Shown here: positions 12,420-22,684 of the stretch, piece after piece | Layout of the letters: each line of letters starts with the position of its first letter | Position numbering within the stretch: position 1 is the stretch's first letter | Source of the DNA: Jimgerdemannia flammicorona | Lineage: Eukaryota | Assembly: GCA_003990765.1 (NCBI GenBank) | Contig: RBNJ01000098.1 | Location: forward strand, 1 to 41,753 | Length of the DNA stretch: 41,753 bases | Reading direction: 5' to 3' | The notes under the pieces: model-generated | Databases searched by the model: none | Seen by the model: the letters and a program-made list of their open reading frames with translations, nothing else | What the model was told of the DNA's origin: nothing | Position numbers and translations under genes: made by a program

Positions 12420-15400
12420 CTTGGCCGGCATTGCACGCCGTTGACTGGAGTTGGTGACCGGAAGGTTGCGGGCGTTGTTGGGATGTCAATCTGTCGCCGT
12501 CATCTTAAAGAAGATATTTATCGCCCCCAGGTGTCGCCTAGAGTTTGGGGTTTGATTCCGCAGACTTACCTTTAGGACAACAAAGGAGGGGAAATAAGCC
12601 TCAGTCAAATACTATACGTTAAGGGCTGTCGATCGTACGTCTTACAGAAAACGAACTCGTCAACAACGGGGATGCCTCGGATTAAAACGATTTGTTGGTG
12701 GCCGCACAGTTTACCTTTTGGTTATTCTACATATTTGCATGTGACAGAAAGTGTTGATATGTCGCTCGGTCGCCTCCAGTTTCGAGATTTCGCCCCCAGA
12801 CTATGCCGCCCCAAATGTCGGATATAGGTCGGTTCTGACAATGAAAGAGGAGGAATAAATACGTCAGTCAAATAATATACGTCGTGTGCTGTTAATCGTA
12901 GTTTTTGCACAGAAGAACTCGTCACCAAATCCCAGTATATTAGGATTAAACAAGCAATGTATTATAGAGAGCACAGCATACTTTTGATAGTTCTGCATAT
13001 TAGCATTGCACGTCACTGACAAATATTAGGTGACAGGAAGGCTGTAGACACTATTGAAATGTCGCTCAGTCGTCTTCGGCTTCGAGAAGAGATTCACCAC
13101 TTAGGTTTCGCACCCAAATCGCGTCGCCTCGAGTTCGGGTTTTGGTTCGGTTGCCTTGCCTTTGGGGAAATAAAAGAGGTGGAATAATATGTCAGTGAAA
13201 TTCTATGCACCGAGGGCTCTTAATGATAGTTCTTGAACAAAACGAACTTGCCGCCAACAACTGCGATGCTTCAGATTAAATTAGCGAAGTATTGACGGCA
13301 GCGCAAATACCTTTTGGTTGTCCTGCGTACTGGCATTGCACGGCGCTGACAGGAGTCGGTGACAGGAAGGCTGAGTACATTGTTGAGATGTCGCCCGGTT
13401 ACCGTCAGCTTCGTGAAGAGTTTGATAGCAGATGGTTTTCCCCAAGATCAAGTCACCTTCAGTTCATTTGACTTGCCTTTGCGACAACAAAAGAAGGGGT
13501 ATAAATATGTCAGTCAAACACTATTACGTCGAGTTCCATTAATCGTAGGTCTTACGTCGACAACATCTGGAATACCTCGAATTAAACAAGCGATCTGCTG
13601 GTGGCAGCACTGCAGACCATTATTTTTCTGCGAATTAGCATTGCACATCGTTGACAGAGTTGGTGACAGGAAAGCTAAGGATATTGTTGTTATGTCGCTC
13701 GGTCGTCGTCGGCTTCCAAGTGTCGCCTCAAAATCAGATCGTGTCGCCTCGAGTTCAGGCATTGCTTCGGTTGCGACAATAAAATAAAATGGATGAATAT
13801 ATTACTTTAGTTAATTACCATTGCGTCGTGTGCTGTTAATCGTAGGTCTTGCACAAAACAAACTTGTGCCATCAACTGAGATGCTTCGAATTAAACAGGC
13901 GATGTCTAAGAGGGAGCATAACATACCTTCTGGTTGTTCTAAATATTGGCATTGTACGTCGTTGACAATGAGTTGATAACAGGAAGGCTGCGGACACTGT
14001 GGAAATGTTCCTCGGTCGCAGTCAAGTTCAAGAAGAGTTAGTTTCACTGTGCAGGTGTCGCCCCAGATCGCATCGCATCGTGGATTCTCCTGTCTTTCCT
14101 TTTGGACGACAAAAGAGGAATAAATACATCAGTCAAATTCTATGCGTCGAGGCTGTTAATTGTACATCTTGCACAAAATGAACTCTTCGCCAACAACTGG
14201 GATGTTTCAGATTAAACATACCATGAATTTCGTTTGTTTTGCACGCCTTTGACAAGAGTTGGTGAAAGGTAGGCTGCCGATGTGGTTGATAAGTCGCTCC
14301 GTCGCCGTCAGCCTCGAGTTGTCGCCCTCCAGATTGTGTCGGCTCTAGTTCGGGTTTTGGTTCGGTTCTGAGGAGGAACAAATAGGTCAGAAATACTATG
14401 CATCGAGTGCTGTTAAACCTAGTTCTTACACAGAAGAACTCGCCGCCAACAACTGAGATATATTGAATTAAAGAGCATAGCGTACCTTTTGGTTATTCTG
14501 CATATTGGCATTGCACATCGCTGACAAAAGAGTTGGTGACAGGAATTCTGTAGACGTTGTGGAAATGTCGTCGGCTTCGAGAAGAGTTTCACTGCGCAAG
14601 TGTCGCCCCCAGATCGCATCGCCTCGAGTTAGGGCTTTGGTTCAGCTGGCTTGCCTTTGAGACAATAATAGAGGAAGAAAATACATCTGTCAAATGCTAT
14701 GTGCCGAGGGCCCTTAATCATAGGTCTTGCAAAAGACGATCACGTCACCAACAACTGGGATGCTTCAGATTCCACAAGTGATCAGAACAGCATACCTTTT
14801 GGTTGTTCTGCTTATTAAAATTGTTCTGCATATTGACATTGCACAGCGTTGACGCCAGGAGGCCTGCCGACTTGTTGAAATGTCTCTCGATCGCTGTCAG
14901 TTTTGAGAAGAGTTTCGCTGCACAGACATCGCCTCCGGAACATGTCGCCTGGCGTTGGCTTTGTTAAATTGAGAAAACGAAAGAGGAGGAATAAATACGT
15001 CAATCAAATACTATTGCGTCGAGTTCTGTTAATCGTAGATATTGCACAGAAGGAACTCGTCGCTATCATCAGAGTGGCAACGCAGCATGCCTTTTAGTTG
15101 TTCCGCACATTGGTATTGCACGTCGTTAACAAGGGTGCAAGAAGTGTTTGATAGCAGAGGTGTCGCCACCAAAACCTGAAGCCTTCAGTCCAGTTGACCG
15201 GCAATAAAAGAGGAATAAATAAGTCAGTCAAACCCTATTTCCCCAAGTGCTGCTAATCTTAAGCCTTGCACAAAACGAACTCGTTACCAATGTCTGGGGT
15301 GCCTCGGATTAAACAAGTGATTTGTTGGTGGCAGCGCAGCATATCTTTTGGTTGTCCTGCGAATTAGCATTACACGTCGTTGACAAGAGTTGGTCACAGG

Positions 15401-18160
15401 AAGGCTGCGGACGTTGTTGAGGTATCGCCCGGTTATCGTCGGCTTCGAGAAGATTTATCGCGCAGTTGTCGCCCTCAAAACGTTCCGCCTCGAGTCCGGG
15501 CTTTGATTCAGTTTGCTTGGCTTTAGGTCAACAAAGGAGGAAGAAATACGTTAGTATAATACTATGTGTCGAGTGCCGTTAACCGTAGGCCTTGCGCAAA
15601 ACTAACTCGTCGCCAACAAATGGATGGCAATACAGCATACTTTTTGGTTGATCTGCATATTGGCATTGCGCATCGTTAACTAGAGTTTGAAACAGAAGGG
15701 CTGGAGACGTTGTTGAGATGTCGCTCGATCACCGTCAGCTTCAAGAATTTGATAGCAGAGGTGTTGCCCCCAGAACATGGCGCCTTCGGTTCGGTTGACT
15801 TGCCTTTGGGGCAATAAAAGAGGATAAATAAATAAGTCAGTCAAACAATATTGCCTCTGGTGCTGTTAATCATAGGGTCTTACACAAAACGAGCGCATCG
15901 CAATCATCTGGGATGCCTGGAATTTAACAAACAATTTATTTGTGGCAGCACAGCATACCTTTTGGTTGTTCTGCGTACTGGCATGGCACGTCGTTAACAA
16001 GAGTTGGTGGCAGGAAGGCTGCGGACGTTGTTGTGATGTCGCTCGGTCGCAGTCAGCTTCGAGGAGATTTGATTGCCTTCGGAGCATGTCGCTTTCGGTC
16101 CAGTTGACTTGCTTTTGAGATAATAAAAATGGAGGGATAAATAAGTCAGCCAAATGCTATTGCGTCGAAAGTTGTTAATCCTACGTCTTGCACAAAACGT
16201 ACTCGTCAACAACTGAGATAACAAGCGATGTATTGGTGGGGGGCACCGCCAACGGTTCCGTTCTGCATATTTTCATTGCCCGTCGTAGACAGGGCCGGTG
16301 ACAGGAAGGCTGGGGAAATTGGTGAAATGACGCTCGGTCCTTGCAGATTCGAGAAGAGTTGTGTCGCACAGGTGTCACTCGTAGTCGAGTTTGGGCTTTT
16401 ATTCAGCTGACTTGCGTTTGGAACAATGAAAGACAAGAAATAAATACGTGACTCAATATATATGCGCCAAGATAGTTGTTTGCCTGTGGTTCAGTTGACT
16501 TGCCTTTGAGAAAAGGGATAAACAAGTCGAATACTGCGACGTGGACCTGGATCAACCATTGCAACAAAATCGGAGGAATAAATACGTCAGTCTAATACTA
16601 TTGCGTCGCGTGCTGTTAATCGTAGGACTTGCACAATTCGAAATCTTCACCAACACCTGGGATTCCTCCGATTAAACAATTGATTTTCTGGTGGCAGTAC
16701 AGCATACGCTTTGTTTGATCTGCATATTGGTGTCGCACGTTATTGACAAGAGTTGGTGACAGGAAGACTGTGAGATGTCGCTTGGTCGCCGTCAGCCTCG
16801 TGAATTGTTTTACCACGCAGGTGTCGCTCCCAGAATGAGTTGGCTTTGTTCAGTGGACTTGCCTTTGGGACAATAAAAGAGGAGAGATAAATAAGTCAGT
16901 CAAATACCATTGTATCGAGTTCTGTTAATCGTAGATATTGCATAGAACGAACACGTCGCTAACAACAGGGTGACAACGTAGCATACCTTTCGGTTGTTCT
17001 TCGCATTGGTATTGCACGTCGTTGACAATATTTGGAGACAAAAAAGCTGTCAACTTTGTGATATGTCGCTCGGATGCCATAAGCTTTAAGAAGAGGTTGG
17101 TAGCAGAGGTGTCGCACCCAAAACCTAAAACCTTCGGTCCAGTTGACTTCCCTTGCGACAATAGAAGAGGTCAAATAAATAAATCAGTCAAAACCTATTA
17201 CGTCGCTGCTAATCGTAAGCCTTGTACAACACGAACTCGACGCCAACATCTGGGATACCTTGAATTAAACAAGCAATCTTTTGGTGGCAGCACCGCATAC
17301 ATTTTGGTTGTTCGGCGGATTAGCATTGGCCAGGGACGTCGATATGTATATAACTCGGTCGCCGTCAGCTTCGAAATGACGCACCCCAGATCATGTTTCC
17401 TCGAGTTTCGACTTTGGTTCTGGTGACAATGAAAGAGGGGGAATAAATACGTTATTCAAATACTATGCGTCGACCTAGGTCTTCCACAGATGATCTCGTA
17501 ACCAACAACTGAGATATTTCGGGTTAAACATGCGATATATTTGAGGCAGCACAGCACACCTTTTGGCTGTCTGCATATTGGCATTGCACGTCGTGGGCAA
17601 GGAGATTTGTGATAGGAAGGCTGCGGAGGCTAGCGAAATGTCGCTCGGTCGCCGTTAACAGTGGGGTCGCCTCCAGATCGTGTCACCTCGAGTTCGGGCT
17701 TTGGTTCGGTTGACTACAATATGAGGAGGAATAATACGTCAGTCAAATACTCTGCGTCGTGGGCTCTTATTCGCAGGCCCCACACAAAACGATCCCACCT
17801 CCAACAACTGGGTTGCTTCAGAATAAACAAGCGATGTGACAGTGGCCAGCATGGCATACCTCTTGGTGGTTCTGCATATTGTCATTGTACGTCATTGGCA
17901 GGAATTTGCGACAGGATGCCCGTGGAAGTTGTCGATATACCGCTCGGTCATCGTCAGCTCCGAGAAGAGCCCCGCCGCGGAGGTACCGTCCCCTGAACAT
18001 GTTCGGTTGCCTTGCTTTTGGGACAATAAAAGTGGAGTCGGTCAAACACTATTGCTAATCGTAGGTCGTGCACAAAACGAACTCGTTGCAACAACTTGGT
18101 GGTAGCACAGCATACGTTATGGTTTTTCTGTATACTGGTGTCGCAGGTCGTTGACAAAGA
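12420..18160 (-). repeat. Tandem array of about 20 diverged exon+intron modules (260-330 bp)
   Basis: The anchor GAATAAATACGTCAGTCAAA (+) recurs about 20 times from ~12590 to ~18040. On - the unit reads CTGAC branch point, pyrimidine tract, AAAG|exon|AAAAG GTATGC donor, ~150-nt intron. Confidence 0.9.
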
Positions 18161-18249
18161 TTTGGAGAGGGGAAGGCTAGGGACAGGGGAGGGCTGGGTA
18201 TTTTGTAAAATATTTCGACGAGGGAGGTAGTTGGGAATGAATATCGGAA

Positions 18250-18430
18250 TATTATTCTAAGGGAAAGGAGAGATTAGGAGGCAGGAGAGAGTTCGAAGGG
18301 GAGAAGAGTTCAAAGGGGGAAGAGGGGAGAGGGAGAGATAGAGGATAGTGAAAGTTCGAAGAGGGAAAGAGAAAAAAGGGGGGGTGGGGGAAGAGGAAAG
18401 GGGCAACAGGAAAGTCATGTGGGTGTGTGG
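18250..18430 (-). promoter_or_regulatory. CT-rich leader, putative transcription start region of the 9.1-18.4 kb minus-strand locus
   Basis: Long polypyrimidine tract on - directly upstream of the first donor (GTATGC at 18115). CT-rich leaders are typical of fungal promoters and 5' UTRs. Confidence 0.4.
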
Positions 18431-19011
18431 CGTTTAGCATCCTAATCATGGGACTTTTATTTTTGATGGTCACGCAATTCTAGGCGTTAGACAAATGGTC
18501 AATGAAATTATTTTATTAAACTCTTATGCAACCTTCTATTACCTTCTATTACCAGGCCTTACAGGGCCTCTCTTATATGGCCTTCCCAATATAGAAGTCT
18601 CTCTAATATGAAAGCCTTCTGAATAGTATTAAGAATCGTTCTTACCATGTTATGCTGGAAGGATTCCAACTGGTGTTGCTCTTTTTGATGACCCGTTGCA
18701 AGAACGTGGGGAACTCAGTTGAAAATATTTGTTAATCCCCGTCCTTCATAACGACACCACTGCCCATCACTGTGGCTGCGAGAAGGCCGTATTCTTTGAG
18801 CGTAGGTTGCGCACGTTCGACGAGCGGATTGTGTGAGTAGACCGGAATTCTGAGCTCTTTAGTGGGGGGTTTATTTGGGGGAAAAAATAGAAGAGAGGAC
18901 GGAGAACGGAACGAATTTGATGGAAGTCAAAGGCTATTTATTCCCTTATCTAAAATGTAGGTTGTTCATCGAATTATTTGAATTGTTGACGTTCAACTTC
19001 ACACGCCAAAA

Positions 19012-19045
<34 letters not shown>

Positions 19046-19633
19046 ACAGTCGAAAATATCTACAACCCATTATTGGTAAGACCTCGACGGACGACTACGG
19101 CAGCCTGTTTTCTGTCCCCTTAAATTCTGAGCTGGCAGCCACGCACTTTTTCGACCCTTTGCGAATTGCGAATGGCCCTTACTTAATACCGAATTCATAT
19201 TGACCTCTACTTATACTATCCTTGCCTACTACCCGGGGCTCGACTGGACGGAGTCCTGTGTAAGAAGAACTTTGTCAGGGTGTCAGTGAGATACGGGCAT
19301 GTGGATGTGCTTATTAAAGCGTTTGCTGGATCGTTGGAGGTTGCGGATGTGTAGTGGGTGAGATATTGGCAATGGGACCCAGGGAGAACAATGGTGCGAC
19401 CAAGAATTAGGCAAATGTAGGGAGTAAGTATTGCTCTCTTGGAATAAGGTTATGACGACATCTGCAGGCGGGTTTATCAGGATATCCTAGTGAGGGGAAT
19501 ATCAAGCATGAGGATAAATAGTACAAGGGGCACCACAATGACAACGGACGGCCCTTAATAATACGTATTTGCTCATCAAACGGATGAGGTTATCAATTCC
19601 CCCTGTTGGAGATACGAAATAAATGAACATTCT

Positions 19634-19826
19634 TGGGAAATACAGAACAATTTGAACGTCGTAAAGGACGTAGTAATGATGGTTTATACTATTCAGATCG
19701 TTGAAGTTAATATAGGTAAACTATACATGTTGGGAAATACAGAACAATTCGGACGTCGTAAAGGACGTAGTATTGATGGTTTATGCTTACAGATCCATGA
19801 AGCAAATACAGATAAACTATACATGT
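19634..19826. repeat. ~97-bp direct tandem duplication
   Basis: TGGGAAATACAGAACAATT..ACGTCGTAAAGGACGTAGTA.TGATGGTTTAT...TAAACTATACATGT occurs at 19634 and 19731. Confidence 0.85.
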
Positions 19827-19879
19827 TCCTATTCTCTACAACCCATTACTATTTACTGCAATCTGGTGCTCTCTACCAG

Positions 19880-20398
19880 CTTGATTAATTAGGAAACGAT
19901 TCCCTCATGGCATTCCCTCATAAAATATTCATACGTTTCGGTCTCAACATAACGGAAGGTGGGGGCAATGCCATCACGACTCGAAAGCCTCAATTTATGA
20001 ATTATATACCTTCGACGGCTTGAAAAAGACCTGAACAACGCAGGGACCTCCCGAACGTTCAACTCCATAGATGCATCCCGTGGTACCCGACCAGAGCTTT
20101 TCATGAGCTTGAGCCCCAGCTGCACTATGAACCTCCCAGGGACTTTGCCTCGCATTTTTGCAATATCGTCCTTGGGATCATAAATTCGAAGAGGGCAGGG
20201 CGTGGAATCCGGACGCTAGGTATCGGTTTGGCGGCGGCTGCAGGTACAGGGCTTGGTTTGGGTATCGGTTTAGCGACAGTTGCTGGAGCAGGACTTGGTT
20301 TGGGTCCATCAGGCATCGGTTTGGCGACAGCTGCAGGAGCAACACGAATCGGTTCAGGGGGCCCAACATCGGTAATTTCATGCAGTCAATCAATTTCC
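19880..20398 (-). pseudogene. Kinase N-lobe pseudogene fragment with a Pro/Ala-rich linker (copy 1)
   Basis: AKPMPDGPKPSPAPATVAKPIP...YDPKDDIAKMRGKVPGRFIVQLGLKLMK(fs)LWSGTTGCIYGVERSGGPCVVQVFFK, then a probable intron and TYEYFMRECHEGIV (alphaC / subdomain IV-like). Contains frameshifts. Confidence 0.6.
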
Positions 20399-22554
20399 TG
20401 TTGGGACGTCACTCTCTTTTGACAGCTCGGTTTACAAAATCATAACGAGCAACACCGTCCTGCATCAAATCGGATCGCAATTCCATTAATCCTGCGCCGA
20501 AAGCTGATAAATATATTTGATAAGTTGTTTATTGGGGATGAGGGAGATGTGACCACACACGAATCGCGTGATTTTGATCTTCTTAAACGAATTGCAATGT
20601 AAACCGATCTCGTGGTGTACTGATTAGACTGGGACAGGTCTGGCTGGTCAAGGGCGTTCTAACCTCACCAGCCGGTACTTTTTCTAAATTTTCTATAACC
20701 GGATCACATGACATAGTTGATGGCATTGTATGTGTTTTTCTGTTTAAACGTGTTTTCTCTCTAATATTCATGTCATACAGGTCTTTTTCTATTGTACACA
20801 TGTCATTCTGTTATTCACAGTTGTCCTACGCTATGGACTGTGCCTCGATCTTATCTTATCACCTAGGCATCCCGTCTTCTAGGACGTCGAATATATCCCG
20901 GGTCTTCTGTTCGACTTCAAGCTAGCACATGCACACACCGTCATCAATGCAACTATCCTGCACAGCTTGCAGAAGCACGTGCTTGTCCAACGCTGACAAG
21001 GTAAAATAAAAGAAATTCTCGAATAGAATATATATGCCAATGCCACCAATTATAACATCCTTATACTTTATTTATTTATTTATTTATTATTATTAATATT
21101 ATTATTGTGTTGTTGTTATTGAGACCACATGTCAAGTGTTTCTCTGGGGGTTTCTACTGTTATTTGCGGTTTAAAAAAAAAAAAAAAAGACATCTTTTAC
21201 TTCAAAATTTCAAACAGTTCAAGGATAATGTCATCTCAAAACCCACATCATTATACAATTTTTTGCACAGCATTGGGTGCGTCGGGAACGCCCTGCTCCT
21301 TAAAAACACAGGCACCATCCTCGTCGGCGTCTTCGTCATCACTAGTAACATCTGCGTCTCTTCGACGTCTAGCCCCACCCTCTCAGTGAGCACCTGCATA
21401 TCATCGCCTATCCCTTATTTCTCAAGCAACGATCATAGTCTAAGCAACTGCCCTCCGTTCCCATCGTCCTGCCCTTTCTCTGAATATAAATCCATCTCTG
21501 CTTCATCCACCATCTACTCTCGTCTTATAAAGCCCCTTCGCATCTCCACTGGCCTCCGCCTCCTCTTCCTTCCGCGCTCCCTACCACCCTATCCGACGAA
21601 GGGGGAAGTGGAAGGACAAAAGGGAAGGAACGACAAAGGGGGTTCAGTGAATGAATAAGATATTATTCAACGTTCATCCAAATGGAAAGCTAGTCACTAT
21701 TTGTCCGCGCATCACGTGAACCACTTCGCTCCTAAATCGCACCGCTATAATCTAATCCATGTACCACAGGCGACCAATTTGGAATTTTTATAAAACAAAA
21801 CTTGCCACTTGAATTTCGGCTCCTGGAAAGCTTCGGAACTTCGCGATATCGTGCAGGATGTATAACCAGTGAAAGTCCGGCGTTTAAAAATACATATTGT
21901 TCAGATCCTGCCCCATTTGGAGGCTGCTCCTTTTCTGCTTCTAATTGGGACGCATGATTTTTGGGCCCCGTTTCGCACCCCTTTTGTACTTTTATTATAT
22001 TATATTATATTATATTATATTATATTATATTTTTTATTTTTTTTTAATTTTATTTTATTTAAGACGTAGCGGATCGGGTTCTACTATACTGTAGTCGAAA
22101 TTTCGCATATCGGCAAGCCACTCAATCTTTTCATGATCGCAAATGGATAAGCGGGCGGAACAAATTGATTGATCCACTTAGCGCCATCGGCGCAAGTAAA
22201 ACGCCCTAGATTATGATCATTCATGCAGGAATTTGATTGGTAGCTAATATTCATGCTGGAACGCAACGTTCATGCAACGTGGGGCATGTGGCTTAGCCAT
22301 AAGCACCAGTATGACGTGATGGTTTCATTTTCCACCACAACGCGCCCACACATAAGTGCTCACCTCCCCCTCGCCCCTGCAAATATATCGTCCTTCCTCC
22401 CCTCCACAACATAAGTGTTCTTCGCTCCACCCTTCGTCCCTACCTTCCAGGCAAAATATTCTTCATTCCACACTTCCACATTTTTCGCCTTCGAAAGCCT
22501 TTCTTGCCACCTGCAAGCGTAGGAAATCTAACCCTTCGAACTCGAACACGAGAA

Positions 22555-22665
22555 CTCTCCTCCTCGAACGTCTCCGTCGAACGTCTCCTCCGTCGAACCT
22601 CTTCTCCGTCGGACGCCTCCTCTGTCGAACGTCTCCACCGTTGGACGCCTCTGTCGAACGCTCTT
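22555..22665 (+). repeat. ~15-nt tandem repeat (TCCTCCGTCGAACGT), about 6 copies, in the CT-rich first exon of a plus-strand locus
   Basis: Repeated CTC(C/T)GTCG(A/G)AC motifs following a pyrimidine-rich leader from ~22360. Confidence 0.7.
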
Positions 22666-22684
22666 CTTTCACAACACTCACCCT

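Noticed and set aside
12420-18160. Array as CRISPR, integron cassettes or tandem tRNA/5S genes
   Set aside because: Units are homologous along their whole length, with no unique spacers, attC-like palindromes, B-boxes or rRNA motifs. Splice signals explain the structure better.
19013-19044. Long poly-A tract as a retrocopy tail
   Set aside because: No adjacent processed gene or TSD; similar A/T runs occur elsewhere (6418, 21173, 29627).
18640-21600. Scattered exon-like fragments (18645-18860 -, 19230-19560 +, 20821-21000 +, 21200-21600 -)
   Set aside because: Coding-like composition but stop-ridden and without recognisable motifs.
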